The position numbers and the translations under genes were made by a program. Below are positions 13,490 to 26,593 of a stretch of 64,000 bases of DNA, piece by piece. Position 1 is the stretch's first letter; each line of letters begins with the position of its first letter. The DNA is from Stegostoma tigrinum (lineage: Eukaryota): the NCBI RefSeq assembly GCF_030684315.1, contig NC_081387.1:6118497-6182496 (forward strand), given 5' to 3'. The notes under the pieces were generated by a model. It did not search any database and had not been told where the DNA came from. It saw only the letters and a program-made list of their open reading frames with translations.

Positions 13490-14631
13490 AACAGTAAGAG
13501 GAGCCCTGATGCTAGCAGTGAGGAGGAGGAAGACAGCAATAGCTTTGATGCAACCTCCTGGGAGATGGGACCCAACATCATGATGAAATTCTCTTCAGCT
13601 CTGAATAAGACGGAAACAAAGAGCTTAGTGATAATGGGAACTGCAGATGCTGGAGAATCCAAGATATCAAAGTGTGGAGCTGGATGAACACAGCAGGCCA
13701 AGTAGCATCTCAGGAGCACAAAAGCTGACGTTTCGGGCCTAGACCCCCTCTGATGAAGGGTCTAGGCCCGAAATGTCAGCTTTTGTGCTCCTGAGATGCT
13801 GCTTGGCCTGCTGTGTTCATCCAGCTCCACACTTTGTTATCTTAACAAAGAGCTTAGGTTTGACAACAGAGGTCCTGAGGGAGTGTCAGTAGCTGCGTGC
13901 TGTGGTACAGGGACTGCAGTCTCAGATTAAAATGGGTTTGACAAAATTGAAGGAAATCAGGAAGTCTCAACAAGATTTGAACAACAGATTGATCCGGATG
14001 CAAATAAAGATTTTGACTCAGTGATTATGGTCACATTCAAGTACAGAAATATATCAGTGAGGGCGTTACATACATAACCAACTGTCAGAAATTATACCAT
14101 ACCTGTCACCATCCCCGATCGAAGGAAGTGTTCAACGATGGATGCTGGAGAATCAGTCCAAATAAATGTATCTGGTTTGATCATGTCAGCAAAAAGCACT
14201 GATTTGAATATGAAACCAGAAAGGAGAACAGAACATGCAGAGAGCTGAAGGAAAAGTATGAGAAGGTCTCTAGTGAAAAGATGGAACAGCAGAAAATCAT
14301 GAAGAAACTTCAGCAGGAGGTAGATGATGTGCACAGTGTGGGGTCGAAGCTGAAAACATCATCTCAGTGCATTCTAAGACTTGAGGAAATCGGTCTCAGA
14401 CCAAACCCATTCTTCACCACAGAATACATCGAGCTGTTGATTCAACCCCAGAAAGAGGAGGAAAACCCTGGAGTTAATGGAAAGAATCCAGTCACTGAAT
14501 GAAATCAAACAACAGGCTGAGACAATGGCAAAAATAACCAGGAAAGAGGAGCTGCTGACAAACAAATCCAAAGATGAACGAGCAAATGGAAGGCAAGATC
14601 TTGAAGAGAGGCTTTCTGATGTTTGCAGTTA
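13490..14631 (+). pseudogene. Pseudogene fragment: C-terminal region of an uncharacterised septin/AIG1-type GTPase-associated protein family of fishes
   Basis: Joining across the insertion and frameshifts gives FDATSWEMG..MMKFSSALNKTETKSL/LTTEVLRECQ*L.AVVQGLQSQIKMGLTKL, YITNCQKLYHTCHHP, CIW, FEYETRKE, RLEEIGLRPNPFFTTEYIELLIQ, MERIQSLNEIKQQAE. AATAAA near 14668. Family assignment is from memory. Confidence 0.65.
13629..13843. mobile_element. 215-bp palindromic PLE-terminus mini-element with hammerhead core; 14-bp TSD AACAAAGAGCTTAG
   Basis: TSD at 13615-13628 and 13844-13857; ~90-bp inverted arms; CTGATGA at 13750. Confidence 0.9.
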
Positions 14632-15039
14632 GGTCCAGTCTTCAAAATAGCTCCATCTCACGCTCGAATAAATAAAAGCAATAATGAAACATTTAATTAA
14701 CAATGATATCATACAATTGTATCAAATATCTGAAGCAAATTGGTTCTCTCTGTTAATGAAAGAATTCATTTACAAATAATAAAACTTCCTAATCCTCCTT
14801 CATTGATTTAACCAACTCCATCCAACTGTCACTGGTTATTTCCTGGGAGCAGTTATTTCCTCGCTTCGTACTGACTTCTATGATTTAAATTCTTCATCCT
14901 AGTTATTTCCAGTGTGGAGAGTGAGATGTTCACTGGCAGGTCTCCTGCAAACTTGTAACAGTCAATCATGGTTTGAAAATGCTCCAGTTATTAGCATAGG
15001 AACAGATCCTGCTATTCTCAGATTGATTTATAAGGAGGA

Positions 15040-17220
15040 AGAACGTCCACCTCATTAATCCCCTTTAGCATTTTATATAACTCGGTCTGATCCCAACCCC
15101 CCACCCCGCCTTTATTCTTCTGAACTGCAGGGAGTACAATTCCAATCTATTCAAATGATTCTCATAAGTCAGCCCTTTCGTCCCTGGAATCATTCTGGTA
15201 GACCTCCCTTGAACTACCTTCGGTGCAGCTACATCTATCCTCAAGTAAAGAAACCAAAGCTGGATGCAATACTCAAGGCATTAGGAAGACCACGCCTGAT
15301 GAATTTGAAACAATGCTTCTTTATTTCTTCAATCCAGTCCTTTTGCAATGAATGCCATGATACCATTTGCCTTTCTTATACATGCTGCATCTGCATAACT
15401 AGTCTCTATCATTCATGTACAAAGATGCCTGATCCTTCTGCATTGACACAGTTTGATTTTGATTCCCATTTAAGTAAAAATTTTCATTTTTATTCTTCTG
15501 GCCATAATGGACAATGTCGTACTTATCCACATGAAACTACATCTGACAGATTCTGACCCATTCCCTCAACCTATCAACATCCATCTCTAAACTCTTTATC
15601 TCCTCATTACTGCCTGCTTTCCCACCTATTTCAGTATCATTCATGAATTTTGTATTGTTACACTTTGTCCCTGCTTTCAGATCATTTATATAGACTGTAA
15701 ATAGTTGAGGTCTGAGAACTGAACCCTGTGGCACCCCAATAGTTCCAATTCACCATCCAGATAAGGACATATGTATCCCGATCATCTGCGTTCTGTCTGT
15801 CAGCCAATCCTCTATCCAAGCCAACACCCAATGCTTAACCCCCTGAGATCTAGCCTTGTCAGACATCTTCTGGAAGTTCTACTATATCATACCCACCACT
15901 TTCCCAATATCCACCACTTCCCCATTATCCACATTGCCGGTTACATCCTCAAAAAATGCAGCAGGTTTGTAAAGCATGATATACCCTTCAAGAAACTGCA
16001 CTGACACTGGTGAATTGAGCTTTGTTTTTCCAAGCGTGCCAGTCATCTCCTTTACAATTGACTCTCACTATAGAGGTCAAACTAGGTGGCCGACAATTTC
16101 CCACTTTTTGCCTCTCTCTTTTTTTGATTAAGAGTGTCAGATTAACAAGTTTCCAATTCATTGGCACCTGCCTGGAATCCAGGGAATGTCGGAATAGTGG
16201 TACCACTGTGGCTTAGCTGACGAATCAGTGCTCTTCCATGTTGTGCAGCACTAAGAGGAAAGACTGAAGGAGACGATGGCACAAGAATGAATCTTGGACG
16301 AGGCATTTCAAATGACCACTATAAAGAGTGACTGGGCAGCAGCACAACAGATTGAGCTACCTGAGTCCAAAAGGGCATAGCTGCTAGACTGGGTCTGCAG
16401 TAGGTGATGCATGTAAAATATACTCATCCTATCTTGTGATGTGAAAAATCTGCACATTGTGAAATTAAGGATTGAGTTTATCGCTAAGTTTTGGATCCAG
16501 AGACAGAGAATCTGATCTGTTTTACATTCACTTCAACGGATTAAGAGGATTTTTGTCTGTCAGAAGCAGTCAGACCTACAGTCTAGGGATAGTAGGAACT
16601 GCTGATGCTGGAGAATCTGCGGTAATAAGGTGTACAGCTGAATGAACACAGCAGGCCGAGCACCATCAGAGGAGCAGGAAAGCTGATGTTTCGGGTCTAG
16701 ATCCTTTTGATGCGCTGTGACTAGACTTTCCATACAGACAGACAAACACATGAACAAGGAACAAGAGTAGGCAACTTGACACTCATTACTTGCTCCAACG
16801 TTCAGTAAGACAACGCTTGCTCTGCTTTTAACCTCAACTCTACATTCCTGCATTTCACCATCTCCTTGGTGATCAAGATTTTCCTGACCTCTGTTTTAAA
16901 AATATTTAATGATTCTGCATCCACTGGCTTTTGAGGAAGGGAATTCAAAGACTCCCAATCCTCTGAGAAAAAACTTATTTTTAAACTATGATCCCCAGGT
17001 CTCAATTTACTTACAAGAGGAAACACCCTCTCAACATTCACTTGCTGAAGTCCCCTCAGGGAATAAAATTAAGCCAAATCTGACTCTTCTAAATTCAAGA
17101 GAATTCAGTCCTAGCCCAACCAGTCTTTCCTCGTAAGACAATCCACTCATTCCAGATATTGGTATCGTAAACCTTCTCTGAACTGTTTCCAATGTATTAG
17201 CATCCTTCTGTGAGATCATG
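15040..17220 (-). mobile_element. Cluster of decayed CR1/L2-type LINE fragments with a PLE-terminus piece (16585-16705)
   Basis: PQGSVL.PQLFTVYINDL, NWKLVNLT.L.KK and LE.VQRRFT motifs on the minus strand. Confidence 0.75.
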
Positions 17221-17559
17221 TTGAAAGAACCAGACGACCAAGATCAGTGAGTGGCGAAAACAGCCTCTTTATTGTACATTCACAGCGGCATGATGTGGGG
17301 TGAAATAGAATCCCAAATCATATCTCAAAATCAGCATCATTAGACAGAATTTAAGCATACAGTATCATTCTAACACTTCAGTGTTAAGCAGTAGATATTG
17401 TACATCAGCTTTCCTGCTCCTCTGATGCTGCCTGGCCTGCTGTGTTCCTCCCGCTCCATACTGTGTTATCTCTGATTCCAGCATCGGCTTTTCTTACTAT
17501 TTCTGATAATGTACAAAAACTGTTTTGCAGGAAATTGGAGATGGTTTAAACATTTGCTG

Positions 17560-19835
17560 AATATTAGTGGTTATTGCTGAGTGTTAATGGTTATTTTAAT
17601 GAGATTAGAGTGTCTCTCTTGTTTGTCCTTGCATAATTCAAAAGATATTAGTCTTGATATTTTTAAGGTTAGAATTTCAATTTTAGTTAAAGGTATCTTG
17701 TGTTTTTGTTGAAATAAAAGTCTGTTTTTTGTTGATGGTGTAGAAAGCTCCGCAATAACTTTTCCTTTCACATCCTATGGGGTCATCTGTACATATCCAG
17801 TGATATGGCCAAGGAATATGACTTGAATTTTTGTGAATTCACTTTAGCCAGGCTTAGCAACAAGCCTGACTTCTGAAGTCGAGTGAACAATTCCAAAAGA
17901 CGCTCCAAATGTGTCCAAAAAAAGACAAGATCATCTACTTACACCATACAATTGAATAACCCCCAAATGACCTGATTGGTTAGTCTTTGAAATGCGGCTG
18001 GTGCATTTTTCATACCAAATTGCATAACTTTGAACTGGTAGAGTCTATTTGGTGGCATATAAGACAAAATTTCCTTCACTCTTTTCGATAAAGGTACCTT
18101 TCAGTATCCTCTGAGTAAGTCAAGCTTAGAAATATAAGTTGCTTGTTCCACCTTCTCAATGCAATCTTTCAATCTTGGAGTAAGGTATAACGCAGATTCT
18201 CTCACTGTGTTGTCTTTTTGATCATCCACACACACAATTGTTGAGTACCGTCTGGTGGATACCATCACTGTGGGGGAGCTCCATTCACTGTAACTCATTT
18301 GATTATGTCATCCCTGAGCATGCTTTCAAACTCTTTTTGTGCCCATTTTAGTGTAGTAAATCTATAAGGATATTTCTTAATTGGAAAAGCATTTCCTGTA
18401 TTTACACCATAAGTAATTATTTTCCTACTTCCCAGCTTATTTCCGCATATATCTTTTATGTGATTGCAATTTTCCTCATTGTCCAATTCAGTTTGAGGAA
18501 AATCAAATTCAGAACAACAAGCAGGACAGGGGTCTAGGCCCAAAACGTTAGCTTTTGTGCTCCTAAGATGCTGCTTGGCTTGCTGTGTTCATCCAGCTCC
18601 ACACTTTGTTATCACAGAACATGAATACTGACAATATTACCTGGCAGGGTGACGAAATGTCTGCAATCAAACACACTGGCTCAGCCAACAAGTCTACAAC
18701 CTTGGTTCTTCCCTCTGAGTTGTCATGAGTAGACATTCTCGTTTCACTTTTCTTTTCTCCCAAAATTTCTTTTCAGTATATTCACACTCATTTTTCTTTC
18801 TATGTGGCGTTCTTATCAAAGAAATCGCCTCTCAATTTCCTTTTGATGCAGTGAAGCCCACTATAGCTTTCCTTTAAAAGTGCACGTACCACTGAGAGCA
18901 TTGTTAACACCTTAGCCCCACAAGCGAAACTACGAATTTTTGAACTCCTGTTTCCACATGGTGTGCTGGTTTCACCTGCTGTCTAGCCAACTCACCCACT
19001 TTATTAAATTTCTCCCCAATATTTAACCTGTAGTCCAAATATGTAGTCTCTGAACTCCAACTCATCAATTTTTCCTTAATTAATTTAAGCAGTCCCCTCT
19101 CCTCAGGTCCAAATGCTATTCAAGCAGACTGAATTTTGTTGATTCATGAGGTACAATCCAAATCGCAAAGGCTGTACAAATGGAATTCCCTTATCCCAAC
19201 TGTGATGATATTGTGGCATTAAGGGGAGCATTTTGTCCTTTTTTTTCAGAAGAGGTTTCAAGGCAGAGGCACTGAGCAGTCTACAGGAGCCATGAAACAG
19301 CTCGTGTGGCTTTGTGTTTTTTTTAAAAAGTTGAATAAAAGGAGCAGAGGTCAAACTCCTACAGAACCAAGACTTTTAGTTTTTATCTTTCAGCAGTTGC
19401 TGTTGGGATCTTGAAGAAGTGGAAGCTGCTTTTCTCTCAGTTACAGCCAAAAGCTGGGGTTCTCTGCCTGCCATTGGAGTTACATGTGAGACAATCTGCT
19501 TTCTGAATTCATCTTCTGCCAAGGGTGTGTTTATGGGATGTCACTATATTGGAACGGTTAATTAATAATTGATACTGCATCTATTATTCTGTTAAGTTTT
19601 TCAATAGAGTTCAATTATTCTTTCTTTTTTTTGTATTTGAACTACAGTGGATGAATAAAGTGGGTTTAGCTTTAAATCTAGTCGCTTTACCAATCCAATT
19701 TTCTGAGTATTTTGAAAGGGTTTAGTCTGGTCCATAACACACTCCCCTGGATAGTCTTGACTATAGGCTCTCAACATAGTTTTTAAAGTTTGATGCCACT
19801 GTAATAATGCTCCCTGTAATTCTGGACGGTACACA
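17560..19835 (-). mobile_element. Gypsy (Gmr1-like) pol fragment with integrase upstream of RT
   Basis: In reading order: YRPELQGAL.QWHQTLKTMLRAY and WDKGIPFV (integrase), then EWSSPTVMV, SKLDLLRGY and FGMKNAPA.FQRL (RT). Confidence 0.8.
19201..19739. mobile_element. Solo LTR inserted in the Gypsy integrase
   Basis: TG...CA ends. Shares GACCAGAC.AAACCC..TCAAAATA with the LTR-like pieces at 52413 and 55165, and splits the integrase motif PG.|WDKG. Confidence 0.7.
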
Positions 19836-19864
19836 ATTAAGTTAAATTTAAAGTTTTGGCAAAG

Positions 19865-20280
19865 ATCTGTAGCTCAGGCTGAGGGTGAGTTTGCTGACTT
19901 GCTCACCAAGCTGGCTTGTTCTCATTCAAAAGTCGCCCCGTGCTAGGTGGCATCATCAGTGGACCCTCCAACAAAGCAGTGTCACTCTACTCTGCTTGGA
20001 GTTTAAATTGATACCACCGATGCACAACAAACTCTTCACAATATCAGTGCACTCAGACAATGAAGGCCATCAGTTTAACTGGGACAAGGTAACTGCAGTA
20101 GCCCAAGCCAAACATAGACTCACAAGGGAATTCCTAGAGGCATGGTACTCTACCAGTAATGAAATCAACAAACATATAGAATTGGATCCCATACAGATCA
20201 AAACCAGAAATGACAGTACTCACTATAACGGACCTGACTGTATATATTCCGAGTACAGTAGAATAACATCGCTTCATCAG
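19865..20280 (+). mobile_element. 3' end of a second Penelope-type family with a short inverted terminus
   Basis: ISVHSDNEGHQFNWD...REFLEAWYS...INKHIELDP (GIY-YIG C-terminus). Reverse-complement CTGATGA-containing terminus at ~19865-19990. Confidence 0.7.
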
Positions 20281-21640
20281 GGACAGGGACAGCGATAACA
20301 GGATGAAATAGGGACAGCAGTAACAGGATGGGACAAGGATAGCAATAGCAGGATGGTACAGGGACAGCAGTAACAGGATGGGACAGGGACAGCAGTAACA
20401 GGATGGGACAGGGACAGCAGTAACAGGATGGTACAGAGACAGCAATAACAGGATGGCACAGGGATAGCTGGAGCAGGATGATACAGGGATAGCAGTAACA
20501 GGATGGGACAGGGACAGCAGTAACAGGATGGTACAGGGATAGCAGTAACAGGATGGTACAGGGATAGCGATAACAGGATGGTACAGGGATAGCAGTAACA
20601 GGATGGGACAGGGACAGCGATAACAAGATGGTACAGGGATAGCAGTAACAGGATGGTACAGGGACAGCAGTAACAGGATGGTACAGGGACAGCAGTAACA
20701 GGATGGGACAGGGACAGCAGTAACAGGATGGGACAGGGACAGCAGTAACAGGATGGTACAGAGACAGCAATAACAGGATGGCACAGGGATAGCTGGAGCA
20801 GGATGATACAGGGATAGCAGTAACAGGATGGGACAGGGACAGCAGTAACAGGATGGTACAGGGATAGCAGTAACAGGATGGGACAGGGACAGCGATAACA
20901 GGATGGTACAGAGACAGCAGTAACAGGATGGTACAGGGATAGCAGTAACAGGATGGGACAGGGACAGCGATAACAGGATGGGACAGAGACAGCAGTAACA
21001 GGATGGTACAGGGATAGCAGTAACAGGATGGTACAGGGATAGCAGTAACAGGATGGGACAGGGACGACAGTAACAGGATGGTACAGGGACAGCAGTAACA
21101 GGATGGTACAGGGACAGCAGTAACCGGATGGGATAGGGATAGCAGTAACAGGAAGGGACAGGGACAACAGTTACAGGATGCGACAGCAACAGCAGTAACA
21201 GGATGGTACAGGGATAGCAGTAACAGGGTGGGACAGGGACAGCAATAACAGGAATCGGGCAGAGAGACGCTAACAGCATGGGACAGGGACAGCAGTAACA
21301 GGATGGTGTAGGGACAGCAGTAATAGGATGGTACAGGGATAGCAGTTACAGGATGGGACAGGGACAGTAGTAACAGGATGGGACAGGGATAGCAGTAACA
21401 GGATGGGACAGGAATAGCAGTAACAGGATGGGACAGGAATAGCAGTAAGAGGATGGTACAGAGACAGCAGGAACAGGATGGGAGAGAGTCAGCAATAACA
21501 AGATGGGACAGGGATAGCAGTAACAAGAATGTACAGAGGCAGCAGTAACAGTATGGGACAGGGACAGCAGTAACAGGATGGGGCAGAGAGACACTAATAG
21601 GATGGGACAGGGACAGCAGTAACAGGATGGGACAGGGAAC
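20281..21640. repeat. 25-bp minisatellite (GGGACAGCAGTAACAGGATGGKACA), ~54 units
   Basis: Directly visible 25-nt period. Confidence 0.97.
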
Positions 21641-23838
21641 CGCAGTTGCCAAGGCAGGTGAACAGTTCAAGGCACTAATTACCTGAGGCTCATTGTCTGA
21701 GAACATTGCAAAATTTGTTGGAAGTAAAACTTTATCTATGGCCTCTTCCATCCTTAGCGAGGCTTCTCAAACGTGCAAGGTTATATCGTTGCTTCATCAA
21801 GTTGAGCTGTTCTCAGAAATGTACTACCATGCTCCAAACACTCGACAATGAAATGCAGCGTGTGTTCCTTAGCTGTAGGACAACCACAGACCCTATTCAC
21901 TGCAAACCTAGGTTTGCAGGCTCTGTACTTGCACTAGTTCTGCTCTCCGTTTGTCTCATTGTGAAACTGCACCTCACCTCCAGAACATTTCTTTCAGGCT
22001 TCAGGATAATCTACACAACAGACAAGAACCTGTTCCATCTCCTCCCCCTATAAATACAATCAAAGCTCGCCCAGGCTCCATTTTAAAGAGTCAGAATGCT
22101 GATGCTTTTGTGTATGGATCATTTATATTTCAGTCTAAACAACAGACAGTGTAGACTTATTGTGTCATCATTTCCTCATAAGTCAACCCGTCCATTCCAG
22201 GTATTCGACTCGTGAACCTTCTCTGAACTGCTTCCAAAGCCTTTACATTGTGCATTAAATGGTAAGATTAAGACTGTACACAGAACAGTAGATGTGGTTA
22301 CTCAGTGCCCTTTATAACAAAAGCATAACCTCCCGAATTCTACATGAAATTTTGAACATGTATGCAGGTACAGTGTCATGCTTTTGTAGTCATATACATT
22401 TCCAAAAATATTGATTCACACTAATATAATACATTCACACACTTTCAATGGCACATGCAATACAATTACGGTTGTCACGCTAGCTTACGCTTTCGATGTC
22501 TCATAATAATACACCAGAGTCCCTCACTCTCAGGCACGCAAACAGGTAAACTCACGTTCAATAATTTCCCTCAACATGAAACCCATTCACTTGAACCATA
22601 CATGAAGTGTCTTTTTACCAGTTGTGGGTGAATCACTGCAGCGAGTGGAGACACTCGTGGTTTCTCTGACATCTCGTCTTTCTCAGCAACATTTATTCTA
22701 AAACAAGAAAACTGTCAGATGTCAGATTAAGTGTGTGGCCATGCTTAACCCATATGAGTCCCAGTAATGCCTGTCCCTTTTTGGGGCACAGGGAACATCC
22801 TCTGTTCCAGTCCTGCTCGAATACTCACTCACAACTCTTTCTCTGGTACATCAATGACGTCATCAGTGCTGCTTCCTTCCCTCTCGTGGAATTGGAAATA
22901 TTTAGTAGTCTTCCTTTTCATTTCCACTCCACTCTCAGTTTCACTTGATTCACCGGGAATGAACCAGGGAAATAAACCATCATAGTTAGAAATGAGCTGG
23001 TTGTACGGAGCTCATTGGAGATATATGAGATGAATCAGTTAAGTCTATCTCCTTCACCAGTTTTACTGGTTATAGCTCTTGGTTGTTTAGTAACATATGT
23101 ATGGACACGCGGTACATGCTTCGCACTATGGGGCTGTATTTAAAATAACAAACGAAATCAGTGAGTGGTGAAACTGGCCTCTTTATTGAGCATGCAGAAG
23201 CATAGTTTGAGGCGGCGATGGAATCCTGAAGTACAGTCCTTTCAGTTGCCTCTTTATACACTGTTCTTTCATATATTAAAATTCTATCAGTATGCTGTTC
23301 CAGAGTTTTATTTATTGTACACAGAAGTTTGTGTGATATCTGTACTGGGGAAGCAGGAGATTGCTGAAACATTTGCGAAATGCTGGCTGCTACTTGGATC
23401 AGAGCGTCTGTTCGGTCTGCTTGCATAATTAAGGGGTGTTGGTCCTTTTAACTTTTAAGTTAGTGAATGTTAGTAAAAATACTAGACCTATATGATCCAA
23501 ATAAGTTAGAAATTATACATGCATTAAATAAAAGTATGAAGGATATTAAACTGATTACCACACCTGGGCTGTGAGATTTTGTTTACTATTTGTTGGTGTG
23601 AGCTTCATTCATTCATGAAATTTCACTGAAGCATTGTTTTGGTAGTAACTGTCTTAAGGAAACAGAGGTCCTATTCAATATGTATTTAACAACATGTTTT
23701 AGGGTACTAATGAAGGAAATGTGTTTGATGTTCTGCAATCTATTCAAGTCCTGAGAGATGGTTGCTAAGGAGCTGATTAATATTATAACCTTTTCACTGT
23801 TTCATGCGGGTTGAGGAGAAACTATGGCAGTGAGGATA

Positions 23839-24046
23839 ACACAGTGTGGAGCTGGAAGAGCACAGCAGACCAGGCAACATCAGTGGAGCAGGAAGGTTGA
23901 CGTCCCACTCAAGATCCATCTTCAGAAATTGAAAGAAGTGTCCTGACCCGAAACGTCAACTTTCCTGCTCCTCCGATGCTGCCTGGCCTGCTCCAGCTCC
24001 ACACTGTGTTATCTCTGACTCCAGCATCGGCAGTTCTCACTAGCTC
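23839..24046. mobile_element. Older palindromic PLE-terminus mini-element
   Basis: Inverted arms around ~23925; diverged 15-bp TSD atggcagtgaggata (23824) / atgctggtgaggata (24047). Confidence 0.75.
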
Positions 24047-25229
24047 ATGCTGGTGAGGATACTGTTTCTGAACAGTTTAGTAGTCTTTGATATTTACTTG
24101 AAGGTAGCTTTTGACGTAAATAAGTCTGGTAAGGATTCAGGGTGTGAAGAAGCAATCATGGGTTTGTAAGGAATGTTTTATTTTAGTTTATCTCATGACA
24201 TGTACTCACAATGTGCTGAATTATGATGTTAGGAAAGTGACATGAAATGTGAGACAGTTCCCTGCAACTACACTGGAACTACAAAAATGTTCCTATGAAG
24301 CTGCCCCTCCGCACCCCCCCACCCCCACAATATGCCTCAGAGGAGGTGGAGGCAGATGCTATATGGAATTGAGGAACAGGCACCTACCTGAGACTCAGGC
24401 CTCTGCATTTGTGCAGGCACAGCCACTGTCATTGGAACAGACAGCACAGGGACGGTCTCTGGTGGAGATGATGCAGAGTGGTGCTGAGATGCTGTGAGAA
24501 CGTTCACCTTTTTCACCAAGCTACACATCCTTAGTTTTAGTACGCAGACGGGTTAGCTGGGCCTGGCTGCTGGTTGTTGTGGCACCAGTGAGAATGCACT
24601 GTGAAGGGAAAGCAGCTGCTCAGGTATTCCATAGACATCAGCGTTCATACACTGAACTGGCTGCTCCAGGATACTGAATGACACTTACACCCTCTACACA
24701 GATTTCCCATTGAAAGAAGAGAAACACTAGGATGATTAGGAGCTTATAATTTGACAATGAGACCAGGCACTTACTGCCCAGTGTCACAGCCACTTGTTCT
24801 CACTCAGCTCGGAAACAGCTTTTCCCATTATCTCCATGAAAATGTTCGCTTTGCTTCTCTGTTTGTGAAACCACATCAGCCCAGCCCCTACCCCTGGTGA
24901 GTCATCTCTCTTCATAAAAGTAAATTAAATCACTGAACTATGATTCCAAGTCTTTCAGTAACTCTTTAAACTGACAACTGTTTAAACCTCCCCTTTAATA
25001 AGGTTAATGCTTGATGCTACTTTCAACATGATGTTGCTCAGCAGCAGGGACTGCATGGACAGATCCTCTTGATGAATGAACCAGTGAGCTACAATCAGGT
25101 AACATGGAAGAAGGTTGTTTCTCATCCATGTCATTAAACTCCAGACTGAACACTCTGTGCATAATCCACTCCATGAACCCCCATGCTAGGATCTCTGTGC
25201 ATGACCCCCAACACCGATACCTCATAACA

Positions 25230-26130
25230 TTAGATGAGAAGGCAAGCTGTGAATGGGATAGAAACTGCTAATGGAAAGACATCAAAAGGTTAAGCAAGCA
25301 GGCAAAAAGTTGCCAAATGGAGTTCAATGTGGGAAAATGTGAGCTTATTCATTTTGGGAGGAAGAACAAAAAACAGGACTATTTAGTTGGAGAAACACTG
25401 CAGAAAGCTGCAAGACAAAGGGACTTGGGGAAACACGCATGAAGTACTGAAAGCGAGCGTACAGGTACAGTAGGTAATCAGGAAGGGAAATGGAATGTTG
25501 GCCCTTATTTCAAGGGGGTTGTATTATATGAGTAGCAAGTCTTATAGCAAATGTACAAAGTGATGGTGAGACCACATCTGGAGTATTGTGAGTACTTTTA
25601 GTCCACTTATTTAAGGAACGATATATCATTAAAGGCAGCTCACAGAAGGTTCGCTAAGATGATTCCTAGTATGGAGGGATTGTCTTACAAGCAAAAGCTA
25701 AACAAATTTGGAATCGACTAATTGGAGTTTAGAAGAATGAGAGGTGATCTCATTGAAACATATATGATTCTTATGGAGCTTGACAGTGTAAATGCTTTCA
25801 GGATGTTTCGGGATGAGTGGATGTTTCCTGTCATGGGAGAGTTTAGGACCAGAAGGACAAAAGGGGTTCCAATTTAAGACTAAGGAGGAATTTCTGCTCT
25901 CAGAGAGTTGTGAGTCTTTGGAACACCTGGCTACAGAGAGCTGTGGGGTAGAAGCCTTGTGTATATTTAAGTCTGAGACAGATACTTTCTGGATCAAGAA
26001 CGATTGAGGGTTGTGTAGAAAGGCAAGAAAGTGGATGTGAGGAATGTCAGATCAGCCATGATTCAATTGAATGGAGGATCAGGTTCGAGGGGCTGAATGG
26101 CCTTCTCTTCTTCCTATTTCTTAGGGTCTA
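25230..26130 (+). mobile_element. CR1 LINE 3' fragment
   Basis: QMEFNVGKCELIHFGRKN, VRPHLEYC and RMRGDLIETY motifs plus 3'UTR. Confidence 0.85.
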
Positions 26131-26593
26131 ACCCACTCCATTAAGCCCCAGACTGGGCTCTCTGTACATGAGCCACTACATTAACCCCCACAATGGACCC
26201 TCAGTGCATCTCCCACTCTATTAACCCCTACTTACTGGATTTTCTGAATTTGACAAAGATCGCTAAGTTCGGCTCCTCACCCATCTCATTAATCACTGAT
26301 TTCCATTGGTTCCCAATAAACAACATCTGGACTGTAAACTTCTCCTCCTGGGTTCAAATCCTTTCATGCCCATTGCTTCTCAGTTTCTGTGATCTCCTCT
26401 GGGCCCCACGGTCCTCATCAAACCACATCTCATTCCGACATCTCGATCATTCCACATTAAAATCAACCCACACTGTGGGCTGTACCTTCAGTCAGCTGGG
26501 CTCTAACTCTCTCCCTCCTCACAACTTTCCATCTCTCTTCAATAAGCTCCATGTCACTAGCGCAGTTTTGAAAAACTGTCACTGGATTCCGGA

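Noticed and set aside
13629-13843. MITE/DNA transposon or pre-miRNA
   Set aside because: The arms are Penelope terminal sequence, the ends are asymmetric and the TSDs are long and variable, which fits retrotransposition.
20281-21640. CRISPR-like array
   Set aside because: Head-to-tail repeats without unique spacers, eukaryotic context and no cas genes.
20134-21751. 296-517 aa Cys-rich ORFs resembling keratin-associated or metallothionein proteins
   Set aside because: They are open in all three minus frames because the 25-bp unit lacks stops; pure satellite translation.
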